NCBI RefSeq assembly: GCF_044324785.1
Contig: NZ_CP172127.1
From: Escherichia coli
GTDB lineage: Bacteria; Pseudomonadota; Gammaproteobacteria; Enterobacterales; Enterobacteriaceae
DNA: 64,000 nt
Reading direction: 5' to 3' (one strand)
The translations under genes were made by a program, and so were the position numbers. Each line of letters begins with the position of its first letter. Positions within the stretch are counted from its first letter, which is position 1. Positions 1 to 12,629 of this stretch are shown piece after piece. Below the pieces are notes generated by a model, which was not told where the DNA came from, did not search any database, and saw only the letters and a list, made by a program, of their open reading frames with translations.

Positions 1-335
<335 letters not shown>

Positions 336-351
336 TTGATTAGCGGATAAT

Positions 352-387
352 AAAAAACCGGAGCACAGACTCCGGTTTTTTGTTTTG
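352..387. terminator. bidirectional intrinsic terminator between mdh and degS
   Basis: Stem aaaaaccgga / tccggttttt (353-362 with 371-380), 8-nt loop, A-run on one side and T-run on the other. Confidence 0.75.
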
Positions 388-397
388 AGCGCACGAC

Positions 398-1465
398 TTA
401 ATTGGTTGCCGGATATTCCTGAATGGTGACCTGCAGCGTTAACTGCTTATCATCACGCATCACTACAACCGGGATCACCGAGCCAGGGCGAATTTCCGCC
501 ACCTGATCCATCGTCTCCAGAGCAGAGATGGCCGGTTTGTTATCCACCGAAATAATCAAATCGTTGACCTGAATACCCGCATTCGCCGCCGGGCCGTCAG
601 GTGACACTTCATTAACCACGATCCCTTGCAGTTGATCTATACCACCGCCCTGCGCGTGCAGTGGTGCGATCTCACGTCCGCCGATACCAATGTAGCCGCG
701 GATCACGCGACCATCGCGGATCAGCTTATCCATAATTTTGGTTGCTAACTGGAAAGGAATCGCAAAGCCGATACCTTCCGGCGTTTCGCCATCGTTACTC
801 TTATCAAACGACAGCGTGTTAATGCCCATCAGTTCGCCCAGCGAGTTCACCAGCGCGCCGCCAGAGTTACCGTGGTTAATGGAAGCATCGGTTTGCAGGA
901 AATTTTGCCGCCCGGTCGGGTTCAGACCAATTCGACCCGTGGCACTAATAATCCCCTGGGTAATGGTCTGCCCGAGGTTGTACGGGTTACCGATCGCCAG
1001 TACCACGTCACCAATGTGCGGTACGCGACGTGCGTTGATTGGAATGGTAGGTAAACCGCCAGTGGCATTAATTTTAAGTACCGCCAGATCGGTTAGAGAG
1101 TCAGATCCCACCAGCAATGCTTCAAATACACGTCCATCTTGTAAGGCGACGATGATCTGATCGGCGTCGTTGATGACGTGTTTATTGGTGATGATATAAC
1201 CGCGTTGATCCATGATTACACCGGATCCCAGGGTGCGGATCTCAAGCTGGTTGTGAGAGTTTGTGTTCAAACCACGGTTGTAAACGTTAACCACCGCTGG
1301 CGCGGCGCGGCGAACCGCCAGATTATAGCTGGCAGGCGTCTCATCGGTACTGTCAAATTGCGGAGTGGAAAGCGGGTTAAGGCTGCGCAGCGAAGGCATG
1401 GCAACCAGCAGAATAGCGCCGACAATTAATCCAATCGCAACGGAACGTAAGAGCTTCACAAACAT
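398..1465 (-). CDS. degS: periplasmic serine endoprotease DegS (RseA site-1 protease)
   Basis: 355-aa ORF, trypsin-like HtrA protease with one PDZ domain, GNSGGAL active-site motif; synteny with degQ. Confidence 0.95.
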   Translation of the reverse strand: MFVKLLRSVAIGLIVGAILLVAMPSLRSLNPLSTPQFDSTDETPASYNLAVRRAAPAVVNVYNRGLNTNSHNQLEIRTLGSGVIMDQRGYIITNKHVINDADQIIVALQDGRVFEALLVGSDSLTDLAVLKINATGGLPTIPINARRVPHIGDVVLAIGNPYNLGQTITQGIISATGRIGLNPTGRQNFLQTDASINHGNSGGALVNSLGELMGINTLSFDKSNDGETPEGIGFAIPFQLATKIMDKLIRDGRVIRGYIGIGGREIAPLHAQGGGIDQLQGIVVNEVSPDGPAANAGIQVNDLIISVDNKPAISALETMDQVAEIRPGSVIPVVVMRDDKQLTLQVTIQEYPATN

Positions 1466-1554
1466 GATGGAGGCGTCATTAAAAAAGGGAACGGCAGCAG
1501 CATACCACGAGTTAACCGGACATCACACGTCAGCCTGATGCCCGGTTTACGACA

Positions 1555-2922
1555 TTAACGCATCAGCAGATAGATGCTTTCATTGCCGCGTACAATTTGC
1601 AGGGCGATGATGGCCGGTTTTGCCGCCAGCACTTTACGCATTTCAGCAATCGAGTTCACCCGATCGCGGTTGACGCCAATGATCACATCGTCTTTTTGCA
1701 AGCCTGCCTGAGCAGCTGGGCTTCCTTTGACAACCTCATCGATCTTAATACCTTTGCCGCCATCTTTTAGCTGACCATCGCTCAACGTTGCACCTTCAAG
1801 CGCTGGCGTGATCATTTCAGCGCTGGCCGACGAAGAGGTGCTGGTATCGAGCGTCACTTCTACTTCCAGTGGTTTGCCGTTACGCAGCAGGCCAAGCTTC
1901 ACTTTCGTGCCCGGCTCGGTGGTTGCGATACGAGAGCGCAACTCAGCAAAGCTATTCAGCGGTTTGCCGTTGAGACTGGTAATAATATCGCCCGCTTTGA
2001 TGCCCGCTTTTGCCGAGCCAGAACCTGGCAACACTTCGCTGACAAACGCGCCACGCTGCACGTCAAGGTTGAAGGCTTTGGCGATATCGGCACTCATCTC
2101 TGTGCCTTTGATGCCTAACAGACCGCGTTTGATTTCACCAAAGTCGATAAGCTGCTGCGCCAGTGTTCGCGCCATATTACTGGGGATGGCAAATCCAATC
2201 CCGACGCTCCCGCCGCCAGGCGCAAGGATTGCCGTGTTGATGCCAATTAACTCACCGTTAAGGTTTAACAGTGCACCGCCGGAGTTACCGCGGTTAATGG
2301 AAGCATCTGTCTGGATAAAGTTTTCCAGACCTTCAAGATTCAACCCACTGCGGCCTAACGCGGAAACAATGCCAGAGGTGGCGGTTTGCCCAAGGCCAAA
2401 TGGGTTACCGACCGCCACGGCAAAATCACCGACGCGCAATTTATCGGAGTCGGCAATAGCGATTTGCGTTAATTTGCTCGGGTTTTGAATTTGCAACAGG
2501 GCGATATCGCTCTGGTCATCGCTACCAATCAGTTTTGCATCAAACTCGCGCCCATCATTGAGCTGAATACTGATTTTCTGTGCCTGATTAATCACATGGT
2601 TGTTAGTCAGCACATAGCCTTTACTGGCGTTGATGATGACACCGGAGCCTAAACCTTCGAAGGGTTGTGCAGGTTGATCCGGTAAATCATCACCAAAAAA
2701 CTTTTTGAATTCTTCCGGGATTTTCTGTCCCTGACTGGCCGTTCCTTCCACCCGTACGCTCACCACTGCCGGAAGCACTTTTTCCAGCATTGGGGCCAGA
2801 CTGGGGAGAGGGGCCTGATCGGCAACCTGGCCTGGAATCGACGCAACGGCCTGAAAAGACGCCGAGAGAGTTAACCCGACACTTAACGCTAATGCACTCA
2901 ACAGCTGGGTTTGTTTTTTCAT
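1555..2922 (-). CDS. degQ: periplasmic serine endoprotease DegQ
   Basis: ORF 1555..2964; start trimmed to ATG at 2920-2922 (MKKQTQLLSALALSVG signal peptide) giving 455 aa; HtrA-family with two PDZ domains. Confidence 0.93.
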   Translation of the reverse strand: MKKQTQLLSALALSVGLTLSASFQAVASIPGQVADQAPLPSLAPMLEKVLPAVVSVRVEGTASQGQKIPEEFKKFFGDDLPDQPAQPFEGLGSGVIINASKGYVLTNNHVINQAQKISIQLNDGREFDAKLIGSDDQSDIALLQIQNPSKLTQIAIADSDKLRVGDFAVAVGNPFGLGQTATSGIVSALGRSGLNLEGLENFIQTDASINRGNSGGALLNLNGELIGINTAILAPGGGSVGIGFAIPSNMARTLAQQLIDFGEIKRGLLGIKGTEMSADIAKAFNLDVQRGAFVSEVLPGSGSAKAGIKAGDIITSLNGKPLNSFAELRSRIATTEPGTKVKLGLLRNGKPLEVEVTLDTSTSSSASAEMITPALEGATLSDGQLKDGGKGIKIDEVVKGSPAAQAGLQKDDVIIGVNRDRVNSIAEMRKVLAAKPAIIALQIVRGNESIYLLMR

Positions 2923-3075
2923 TATTCCTGCTCTCGTACCTGAATGATAAGAAAAGAGATTCAAAACAGTTTGATGTTATTGAATTTTCAGACGGCTAAC
3001 AATGAGACACCAGATTAAATGATAGTCGGGGAGGGAAAGAAGAGGAGGGCGCAATGGCTGCGCCCGAAAAATAAA

Positions 3076-3474
3076 TTAGTCGCGCTTCGCGCCAGTACGC
3101 AGCAGGCCGGACGCGCCTTCAGAATAGTCGCGAGGCATCTGCACCGGTGCCTGATCGTTGCTGGCTTCAGACTCTGCCAGACGATTACGGAACGGGTTTG
3201 CTTCAGCAGACAGTTCCGGCAGCAGGCTGCTGGAGCTTTTCGCCATGTGTTGATACAGCTGGCGATAGTCGTGCGCCATGGTATCCAGTAATTCCGCGCT
3301 GCGGGCAAAGTGGCTAACCAGCTCTTCGCGATACTCGTCCAGTTCAGCTTTATTCTTTTCCAGTTCGTACTGCAACGCCTGTTGCTGGCGTAGTTTACGA
3401 TTACCAAAACGCATGGCCACAGCACCAATAATGATGCCGACGACTAACCCAATTAGCGCATATTCCCAGGTCAT
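3076..3474 (-). CDS. zapG: inner-membrane DUF1043 protein YhcB/ZapG
   Basis: ORF 3076..3480; N-terminal TM helix WEYALIGLVVGIIIGAV then coiled-coil; start set at MTWEYALIG (132 aa), MFMTWEY also possible. Confidence 0.88.
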   Translation of the reverse strand: MTWEYALIGLVVGIIIGAVAMRFGNRKLRQQQALQYELEKNKAELDEYREELVSHFARSAELLDTMAHDYRQLYQHMAKSSSSLLPELSAEANPFRNRLAESEASNDQAPVQMPRDYSEGASGLLRTGAKRD

Positions 3475-3667
3475 GAACATCTCCCGTTGTCTTTTGTTTC
3501 CGTAGGGTGTTGGCTTCAGGCTCCATGCCTGCGGCTGATTATGCCACTATAACCGTTAATTCCACAGAAGTGGAATCCCGACTGCATATCGCGTAGTGTA
3601 GAACGGCCTTTTTTTCGTCAACCGTGAACAACGGCGCACCGATTATTCAAGGAATAACAATAAGATC

Positions 3668-4795
3668 ATGCAAAGCGTTACCCCAACATCGCAATACCTG
3701 AAGGCGCTCAATGAAGGCAGCCATCAACCCGACGACGTTCAAAAAGAGGCCGTCAGCCGCCTGGAAATTATTTATCAGGAACTCATCAATAGCACGCCTC
3801 CAGCCCCCAGGACGAGTGGGCTAATGGCGCGGGTCGGTAAGCTGTGGGGTAAACGCGAAGACACAAAGCATACGCCAGTGCGTGGCTTATATATGTGGGG
3901 CGGTGTAGGACGTGGGAAAACCTGGCTGATGGACCTTTTCTATCAAAGCCTGCCGGGAGAGCGGAAACAGCGTCTGCACTTTCACCGTTTTATGCTGCGG
4001 GTGCACGAAGAGCTGACCGAATTACAAGGCCAAAGCGATCCGCTGGAAATTATTGCCGATCGCTTTAAAGCCGAAACTGACGTGCTCTGTTTTGACGAAT
4101 TTTTTGTTTCTGATATTACCGACGCCATGCTACTTGGCGGTCTGATGAAAGCCCTGTTCGCCCGCGGTATTACCCTGGTAGCGACGTCAAATATTCCGCC
4201 GGACGAACTTTATCGAAATGGCCTACAACGTGCGCGTTTTTTGCCTGCAATCGATGCCATTAAACAGCATTGTGATGTAATGAACGTGGACGCTGGTGTT
4301 GATTATCGACTGCGTACACTCACTCAGGCGCATCTGTGGCTTTCGCCCCTCAACGATGAAACCCGGGCGCAAATGGATAAACTATGGTTGGCGCTGGCGG
4401 GGGCGAAACGAGAAAATTCACCGACATTAGAAATCAACCATCGGCCATTGGCGACAATGGGCGTCGAGAACCAGACGCTGGCGGTCTCTTTTACTACGCT
4501 GTGCGTCGACGCCCGCAGTCAGCATGACTATATTGCGCTCTCACGCCTCTTTCACACGGTCATGTTGTTTGATGTACCAGTTATGACGCGATTGATGGAG
4601 AGCGAAGCGCGGCGCTTTATTGCGCTGGTGGATGAGTTTTACGAGCGCCATGTCAAATTAGTGGTGAGTGCAGAAGTGCCGCTATATGACATTTATCAGG
4701 GCGAGCGGCTGAAATTTGAGTTCCAGCGTTGCCTGTCACGTCTGCAAGAGATGCAAAGCGAAGAGTATCTGAGGCGCGAGCATTTAGCGGGTTAA
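3668..4795 (+). CDS. zapE: cell-division AAA-family ATPase ZapE (YhcM)
   Basis: 375-aa ORF with Walker A GGVGRGKT; divergent from zapG. Confidence 0.93.
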   Translation: MQSVTPTSQYLKALNEGSHQPDDVQKEAVSRLEIIYQELINSTPPAPRTSGLMARVGKLWGKREDTKHTPVRGLYMWGGVGRGKTWLMDLFYQSLPGERKQRLHFHRFMLRVHEELTELQGQSDPLEIIADRFKAETDVLCFDEFFVSDITDAMLLGGLMKALFARGITLVATSNIPPDELYRNGLQRARFLPAIDAIKQHCDVMNVDAGVDYRLRTLTQAHLWLSPLNDETRAQMDKLWLALAGAKRENSPTLEINHRPLATMGVENQTLAVSFTTLCVDARSQHDYIALSRLFHTVMLFDVPVMTRLMESEARRFIALVDEFYERHVKLVVSAEVPLYDIYQGERLKFEFQRCLSRLQEMQSEEYLRREHLAG

Positions 4796-4926
4796 AACCT
4801 GCCACAAATCACAAAAAGGGGTCGATCTTTGACCCCGACTTCTCTATAATCTTGCGACCCCACGTTACAAGAAAGTTTTTTTCCCAAAACTTTTTGTGTG
4901 CTGGCATAGGCTATTCGAAGGGGTAG

Positions 4927-5442
<516 letters not shown>

Positions 5443-5454
5443 TCGGGATTATAG

Positions 5455-5850
<396 letters not shown>

Positions 5851-5882
5851 TTGGCTTCTGCTCCGGCAGAAAACAATTTGCG

Positions 5883-5909
5883 AAAAAACCCGCTTCGGCG
5901 GGTTTTTTT
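5883..5909 (+). terminator. intrinsic terminator of rplM-rpsI operon
   Basis: aaaaaacccgc-ttcg-gcgggttttttt: GC stem, UUCG tetraloop, T7 run. Confidence 0.85.
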
Positions 5910-6244
5910 ATGGCTAAATTCTGAATCAGCGTAAAAAATGGAAAGTTGCTTTTTGCTGCCGTCTGACAGACAGGCAAAACAAAAAACACATCGCCAATAA
6001 GGGACTAAGTCAACTATTTCAGACTAAAGCGCATCTCTTTTTCCCCATTTCCGGCATCGACTCACCACAAAGGTCGCAAAATCTGGTAAACTATCATCCA
6101 ATTTTCTGCCCAAATGTCGGGTATTGCTCATTTTTTGTTTGATTTTCGAACAAAGAGAGTCGTTCCTTACTGGGTAACACAACTTCTGACTGGCCACCTG
6201 GTGGCTGGTAGCAGTAAAAATTCTGACTATACCTGGAGGTTTTC

Positions 6245-6883
6245 ATGGCTGTCGCTGCCAACAAACGTTCGGTAATGACGCTGTTTTCCGGTCCTACTGA
6301 CATCTATAGCCATCAGGTCCGCATTGTGCTGGCTGAGAAAGGTGTAAGTTTCGAGATCGAACACGTGGAAAAGGACAATCCGCCTCAGGATCTGATTGAC
6401 CTCAACCCGAATCAGAGCGTTCCGACCCTGGTGGATCGTGAGCTGACCCTGTGGGAATCTCGCATCATTATGGAATATCTGGATGAGCGTTTCCCGCATC
6501 CGCCACTGATGCCTGTTTACCCGGTAGCTCGCGGTGAAAGCCGTCTGTACATGCATCGCATCGAAAAAGACTGGTACACGCTGATGAACACCATCATCAA
6601 CGGTTCAGCTTCTGAAGCAGATGCCGCACGTAAGCAACTGCGCGAAGAACTGCTGGCGATTGCGCCGGTCTTCGGTCAGAAGCCGTATTTCCTGAGCGAT
6701 GAGTTCAGCCTGGTCGATTGCTACCTTGCTCCGCTGCTGTGGCGTCTGCCGCAACTGGGTATCGAGTTCAGCGGTCCGGGTGCGAAAGAGCTGAAAGGCT
6801 ATATGACCCGCGTCTTTGAGCGTGACTCTTTCCTTGCTTCTTTAACTGAAGCTGAACGTGAAATGCGTCTGGGCCGGAGTTAA
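6245..6883 (+). CDS. sspA: stringent starvation protein A (GST-like RNAP-associated)
   Basis: 212-aa ORF MAVAANKRSVMTLFSGPTDIYSHQVRIVLAEKGV... Confidence 0.96.
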   Translation: MAVAANKRSVMTLFSGPTDIYSHQVRIVLAEKGVSFEIEHVEKDNPPQDLIDLNPNQSVPTLVDRELTLWESRIIMEYLDERFPHPPLMPVYPVARGESRLYMHRIEKDWYTLMNTIINGSASEADAARKQLREELLAIAPVFGQKPYFLSDEFSLVDCYLAPLLWRLPQLGIEFSGPGAKELKGYMTRVFERDSFLASLTEAEREMRLGRS

Positions 6884-6888
6884 TCTGT

Positions 6889-7386
6889 ATGGATTTGTCA
6901 CAGCTAACACCACGTCGTCCCTATCTGCTGCGTGCATTCTATGAGTGGTTGCTGGATAACCAGCTCACGCCGCACCTGGTGGTGGATGTGACGCTCCCTG
7001 GCGTGCAGGTTCCTATGGAATATGCGCGTGACGGGCAAATCGTACTCAACATTGCGCCGCGAGCTGTCGGCAATCTGGAACTGACGAATGATGAGGTGCG
7101 CTTTAACGCGCGCTTTGGTGGCATTCCGCGTCAGGTTTCTGTGCCGCTGGCTGCCGTGCTGGCTATCTACGCCCGTGAAAATGGCGCAGGCACGATGTTT
7201 GAACCTGAAGCTGCCTACGATGAAGATGCCAGCATCATGAATGATGAAGAGGCATCGGCAGACAACGAAACCGTTATGTCGGTTATTGATGGCGACAAGC
7301 CAGATCACGATGATGACACTCATCCTGACGATGAACCACCGCAGCCACCACGTGGTGGTCGACCAGCATTACGCGTTGTGAAGTAA
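6889..7386 (+). CDS. sspB: ClpXP specificity-enhancing adaptor SspB
   Basis: 165-aa ORF 5 nt after sspA, acidic C-terminal tail ending RGGRPALRVVK. Confidence 0.95.
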   Translation: MDLSQLTPRRPYLLRAFYEWLLDNQLTPHLVVDVTLPGVQVPMEYARDGQIVLNIAPRAVGNLELTNDEVRFNARFGGIPRQVSVPLAAVLAIYARENGAGTMFEPEAAYDEDASIMNDEEASADNETVMSVIDGDKPDHDDDTHPDDEPPQPPRGGRPALRVVK

Positions 7387-7390
7387 TACT

Positions 7391-7425
7391 AAAACAGGCC
7401 CTGGCGGCCTGTTTTGTCTTTTTAA
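7391..7425. terminator. bidirectional terminator between sspB and dcuD (convergent)
   Basis: 10-bp stem aaaacaggcc / ggcctgtttt with 5-nt loop, flanked by A-run and T-run. Confidence 0.8.
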
Positions 7426-7429
7426 TCGC

Positions 7430-8797
7430 TTAATAAAATAGCGTGATAGTGGCAATCATATTCACCACGAAACCGACTGCCATGGGGATCGCTGTCCGCT
7501 TCACCACCGCAAAAGGCGAAACGCCTGCAATTCCTGACGTAACGACCACCACCGCAGTAATCGGCGAAACAGCGCGTGCTAGCGTCGTGGCAAAATGCAT
7601 CGGCATAATCATTACAACCGCTGGTACATGTAGTCCGGCTGCGATATTCGGAATAAGACTGGCAAATGACATAAACGGCGCATTGCCTGAGCCCATCACA
7701 ATGGCACAAATGGCAATGACCAGCGCCATAATAATCATCACGCCAATACCGCCCAGACCAGAATGCTCCGCACCCCTGATAACCGCATCGACAGTGCCAA
7801 TCGTCGTTAAGCCTTTCGCAAATATTTCACCCGCGACCACCAGCGTTACCACGTTGGCAAACTGCGTACCCATGCCGTCAAAAAACGCCTGCACATCGTC
7901 CATTGTTTCGCGCAAGTTATGCTTGCGGAAGAACTCAACAAACATCGTCACCGTCAAACTCAGTAACATTACCACCACCAGATGCAGTTCTGACTGCATC
8001 AGCCCGACGTGGGCAAGGAACAGCGAGCCGAGCATCAGGATTAACGGCATCACAGGTAAAATGGCGTAATAGAGCGGCGGGACATTATCGAGAGCTTTTT
8101 GCTCTGCCTGTTCGTGATTGATATTTTTATCTTTTTTGTCAAAAGCGCGTTGCACGAAAAAGTGGGAGATCGCCACCGAGATAATGACGCAAGAGGCGAC
8201 CGGAAGCTGGTAGTGGAAGAAGTAAGTGGCAATTTTCATTCCCGCTACCTGGGCAGCAAAAATGGAGTTCGTTTCCAGAATCCCCCACTCAATGGACATC
8301 GTGGTTGCGATAACCGCCACCGCAGAGAGGCGACTTACTCCCAGACTCACCAGCGTCGGAAATAAGGTGACCATCAGCAACATACCCAGACCGGAGGCGC
8401 TGGTAATAAACTGCGCCATGATTTGGCCGATGACGTAAGTTGCCGACAGAATAATATACGGCGAGCGAATGAGTTTTAACGGGCGGCTTAACAAGCTCAC
8501 CATCGCGCGACTTGCCCCTATGCGCTCCATATAGCGGGCATAACCGCCCACTGCCATAATCGACAGCCCCAATCCGGCAATGCGGTTGGACAGCATGCGC
8601 AGGATTTCATTATAAATATCGACGATCAAGTAGCCGCTGCTTTTGGCGGGATCGAGCACACCACCGAACCCTAACCAGACACCGCACATCATCAGGAAGA
8701 TACCTGCGGCAGCCAGCACCACCTGAGGTTTGTAGTTTTTCAGGATCAAATAGCCCATCGTAATTAATACGATGACAGATATAATTATGCCGAACAT
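7430..8797 (-). CDS. dcuD: anaerobic C4-dicarboxylate transporter DcuD (DcuC family)
   Basis: ORF 7430..8815 trimmed to ATG 8797 ([17 protein letters not shown]), 455 aa, polytopic membrane protein. Confidence 0.9.
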   Translation of the reverse strand: MFGIIISVIVLITMGYLILKNYKPQVVLAAAGIFLMMCGVWLGFGGVLDPAKSSGYLIVDIYNEILRMLSNRIAGLGLSIMAVGGYARYMERIGASRAMVSLLSRPLKLIRSPYIILSATYVIGQIMAQFITSASGLGMLLMVTLFPTLVSLGVSRLSAVAVIATTMSIEWGILETNSIFAAQVAGMKIATYFFHYQLPVASCVIISVAISHFFVQRAFDKKDKNINHEQAEQKALDNVPPLYYAILPVMPLILMLGSLFLAHVGLMQSELHLVVVMLLSLTVTMFVEFFRKHNLRETMDDVQAFFDGMGTQFANVVTLVVAGEIFAKGLTTIGTVDAVIRGAEHSGLGGIGVMIIMALVIAICAIVMGSGNAPFMSFASLIPNIAAGLHVPAVVMIMPMHFATTLARAVSPITAVVVVTSGIAGVSPFAVVKRTAIPMAVGFVVNMIATITLFY

Positions 8798-9176
8798 TGT
8801 TGAACTCCGTGTCAAAAGAAAACGGTCAATCCCATAAACGGCAGATTGAAAACAATGATGTTATATTTTTTGCAAGGCTATTTATGGTGCGGATGTCGTG
8901 TTTTTAATTGTAGGCGAGGTGATTTTTCATTAAAAAATATGCGCTTATGATTATTTTGTAAGAACACATTCATAATATTCATAATGCTCGTGAATAGTCT
9001 TATAAATAATTCAATCGGGATGTTTTTATCTGCGTTACATTAATTTTTCGCAATAGTTAATTATTCCGTTAATTATGGTAATGATGAGGCACAAAGAGAA
9101 AACCCTGCCATTTTCCCCTACTTTCAATCCTGTGATAGGATGTCACTGATGATGTTAATCACACTGACCTTACAGA

Positions 9177-9968
9177 ATGGGCCTTATGAACGCATTTGAT
9201 TCGCAAACCGAAGATTCTTCACCTGCAATTGGTCGCAACTTGCGTAGCCGCCCGCTGGCGCGTAAAAAACTCTCCGAAATGGTGGAAGAAGAGCTGGAAC
9301 AGATGATCCGCCGTCGTGAATTTGGCGAAGGTGAACAATTACCGTCTGAACGCGAACTGATGGCGTTCTTTAACGTCGGGCGTCCTTCGGTGCGTGAAGC
9401 GCTGGCAGCGTTAAAACGTAAAGGTCTGGTGCAAATAAACAACGGCGAACGCGCTCGCGTCTCACGTCCTTCTGCGGACACCATCATCGGCGAGCTTTCC
9501 GGCATGGCGAAAGATTTCCTTTCTCATCCTGGCGGGATTGCCCATTTCGAACAATTACGTCTGTTCTTTGAATCCAGCCTGGTGCGCTATGCGGCTGAAC
9601 ACGCCACCGATGAGCAAATCGATTTGCTGGCAAAAGCACTGGAAATCAACAGTCAGTCGCTTGATAACAACGCGGCATTCATTCGTTCAGACGTTGATTT
9701 CCACCGCGTGCTGGCGGAGATCCCCGGTAACCCAATCTTCATGGCGATCCACGTTGCCCTGCTCGACTGGCTGATCGCCGCACGTCCAACCGTGGCTGAT
9801 CAGGCTCTGCACGAACATAACAACGTTAGCTATCAACAGCATATTGCGATCGTTGACGCGATCCGCCGCCACGATCCCGATGAAGCCGATCGCGCGTTGC
9901 AATCGCATCTCAACAGCGTCTCTGCTACCTGGCACGCCTTCGGTCAGACCACCAACAAAAAGAAATAA
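9177..9968 (+). CDS. nanR: GntR/FadR-family repressor of sialic-acid catabolism NanR
   Basis: 263-aa ORF with N-terminal GntR HTH; directly upstream of nanA and its GGTATA operator. Confidence 0.93.
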   Translation: MGLMNAFDSQTEDSSPAIGRNLRSRPLARKKLSEMVEEELEQMIRRREFGEGEQLPSERELMAFFNVGRPSVREALAALKRKGLVQINNGERARVSRPSADTIIGELSGMAKDFLSHPGGIAHFEQLRLFFESSLVRYAAEHATDEQIDLLAKALEINSQSLDNNAAFIRSDVDFHRVLAEIPGNPIFMAIHVALLDWLIAARPTVADQALHEHNNVSYQQHIAIVDAIRRHDPDEADRALQSHLNSVSATWHAFGQTTNKKK

Positions 9969-10031
9969 TGCCACTTTAGTGAAGCAGATCGCATTATAAG
10001 CTTTCTGTATGGGGTGTTGCTTAATTGATCT

Positions 10032-10054
10032 GGTATAACAGGTATAAAGGTATA
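10032..10054. promoter_or_regulatory. NanR operator: three GGTATA repeats in nanA promoter
   Basis: GGTATA at 10032-10037, 10041-10046, 10049-10054 (ggtataacaggtataaaggtata), 36-58 nt upstream of nanA ATG. Confidence 0.75.
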
Positions 10055-10089
10055 TCGTTTATCAGACAAGCATCACTTCAGAGGTATTT

Positions 10090-10983
10090 ATGGCAACGAA
10101 TTTACGTGGCGTAATGGCCGCACTCCTGACTCCTTTTGACCAACAACAAGCACTGGATAAAGCGAGTCTGCGCCGCCTGGTTCAGTTCAATATTCAGCAG
10201 GGCATCGACGGCTTATACGTGGGTGGTTCGACCGGCGAAGCCTTTGTACAAAGCCTTTCCGAGCGTGAACAGGTACTGGAAATCGTCGCCGAAGAGGCGA
10301 AAGGCAAGATTAAACTTATCGCTCACGTAGGTTGCGTCAGCACTGCTGAAAGCCAACAACTTGCGGCATCGGCTAAACGTTATGGCTTCGATGCCGTCTC
10401 CGCCGTCACGCCGTTCTACTATCCTTTCAGCTTTGAAGAACACTGCGATCACTATCGGGCAATTATTGATTCGGCGGATGGTTTGCCGATGGTGGTGTAC
10501 AACATTCCTGCCCTGAGCGGGGTAAAACTAACCCTGGATCAGATCAACACACTTGTTACGTTGCCTGGCGTCGGTGCGCTGAAACAGACTTCTGGCGATC
10601 TCTATCAGATGGAACAGATCCGTCGTGAACATCCTGATCTGGTGCTCTATAACGGTTACGACGAAATCTTCGCCTCTGGTCTTCTGGCGGGCGCTGATGG
10701 TGGTATCGGTAGCACCTACAACATCATGGGCTGGCGTTATCAGGGGATTGTGAAGGCGCTGAAAGAAGGCGATATCCAGACCGCGCAGAAGCTGCAAACC
10801 GAATGTAATAAAGTCATTGATTTACTGATCAAAACGGGCGTATTCCGCGGCCTGAAAACTGTTCTGCATTATATGGATGTCGTTTCTGTGCCGCTGTGCC
10901 GCAAACCGTTTGGTCCGGTAGATGAAAAATATCTGCCAGAACTGAAGGCGCTGGCCCAGCAGTTGATGCAAGAGCGCGGGTGA
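10090..10983 (+). CDS. nanA: N-acetylneuraminate lyase
   Basis: 297-aa [23 protein letters not shown]..., DHDPS-family class I aldolase. Confidence 0.96.
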
Positions 10984-11091
10984 GTTTTTTCCCCTCGCTC
11001 GCCCCTACCGGGTGAGGGGAAATAAACGCATCTGTACCCTACAATTTTCATACCAAAGCGTGTGGGCATCGCCCACCGCGGGAGACTCACA

Positions 11092-12582
11092 ATGAGTACT
11101 ACAACCCAGAATATCCCGTGGTATCGCCATCTCAACCGCGCACAATGGCGGGCATTTTCCGCTGCCTGGTTGGGATATCTGCTTGACGGTTTTGATTTCG
11201 TTTTAATCGCCCTGGTACTTACCGAAGTACAAGGTGAATTCGGGCTGACGACGGTGCAGGCGGCAAGTCTGATCTCCGCAGCCTTTATCTCTCGCTGGTT
11301 CGGCGGCCTGATGCTCGGCGCTATGGGTGACCGCTACGGGCGTCGTCTGGCAATGGTCACCAGCATCGTTCTCTTCTCGGCCGGGACGCTGGCCTGCGGC
11401 TTTGCGCCAGGCTACATCACCATGTTTATCGCTCGTCTGGTCATCGGCATGGGGATGGCGGGTGAATACGGTTCCAGCGCCACCTATGTCATTGAAAGCT
11501 GGCCAAAACATCTGCGTAATAAAGCCAGTGGTTTTCTGATTTCCGGCTTCTCTGTGGGGGCCGTCGTTGCCGCTCAGGTCTATAGCCTGGTGGTTCCGGT
11601 CTGGGGCTGGCGTGCGCTGTTCTTTATCGGCATTTTGCCAATCATCTTTGCTCTCTGGCTGCGTAAAAACATCCCGGAAGCGGAAGACTGGAAAGAGAAA
11701 CACGCAGGTAAAGCACCAGTACGCACAATGGTGGATATTCTCTACCGTGGTGAACATCGCATTGCCAATATCGTAATGACACTGGCGGCGGCTACTGCGC
11801 TGTGGTTTTGCTTTGCCGGTAACCTGCAAAATGCCGCGATCGTCGCTGTTCTTGGGCTGTTATGCGCCGCAATCTTTATCAGCTTTATGGTGCAAAGTAC
11901 GGGCAAACGCTGGCCAACGGGCGTAATGCTGATGGTGGTCGTGTTGTTTGCTTTCCTCTACTCATGGCCGATTCAGGCGCTGCTGCCAACGTATCTGAAA
12001 ACCGATCTGGCTTATAACCCGCATACTGTCGCCAATGTGCTGTTCTTTAGTGGCTTTGGCGCGGCGGTGGGATGCTGCGTAGGTGGTTTCCTCGGTGACT
12101 GGCTGGGAACCCGCAAAGCGTACGTTTGTAGCCTGCTGGCCTCGCAGCTGCTGATTATTCCGGTATTTGCGATTGGCGGCGCAAACGTCTGGGTGCTCGG
12201 TCTGTTACTGTTCTTCCAGCAAATGCTTGGACAAGGGATCGCCGGGATCTTACCGAAACTGATTGGCGGTTATTTCGATACCGACCAGCGTGCAGCTGGC
12301 CTGGGCTTTACCTACAACGTCGGCGCATTGGGCGGTGCACTGGCCCCAATCATCGGCGCGTTGATCGCTCAACGTCTGGATCTGGGTACTGCGCTGGCAT
12401 CGCTCTCGTTCAGTCTGACATTTGTGGTGATCCTGCTGATTGGTCTGGATATGCCTTCCCGCGTTCAGCGTTGGCTGCGCCCGGAAGCATTGCGTACTCA
12501 TGACGCTATCGACGGCAAACCATTTAGCGGTGCCGTGCCATTTGGCCGCGCCAAAAACGATTTAGTCAAAACCAAAAGTTAA
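11092..12582 (+). CDS. nanT: sialic acid:H+ symporter NanT (MFS)
   Basis: ORF 11062..12582 trimmed to ATG 11092 ([19 protein letters not shown]), 496 aa MFS transporter. Confidence 0.94.
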
Positions 12583-12629
12583 TCCTGTTGCCCGGTCTCT
12601 GTACCGGGCCTTTCGCTAAGGGAAGATGT

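Noticed and set aside
2922-2964. Upstream-extended starts given by the ORF track (degQ, zapG, rplM, dcuD, nanT, nanE, nanK, gltB, yhcC, elbB, ptsN, hpf, lptA, kdsD, mlaD, mlaB, ibaG, rplU, ftsH, folP, secG, yhbX)
   Set aside because: The track opens ORFs at the first ATG/GTG/TTG after a stop; in each case an internal ATG gives the expected N-terminus, signal peptide or RBS spacing, and the extension would overlap the upstream gene or terminator. Extended forms are not excluded experimentally.
10990-11020. cccctc...gagggg stem between nanA and nanT as a terminator or REP element
   Set aside because: Stem is short with a 17-nt loop and no U-tract, and does not match REP consensus; nanA-nanT are co-transcribed. 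Left unannotated.
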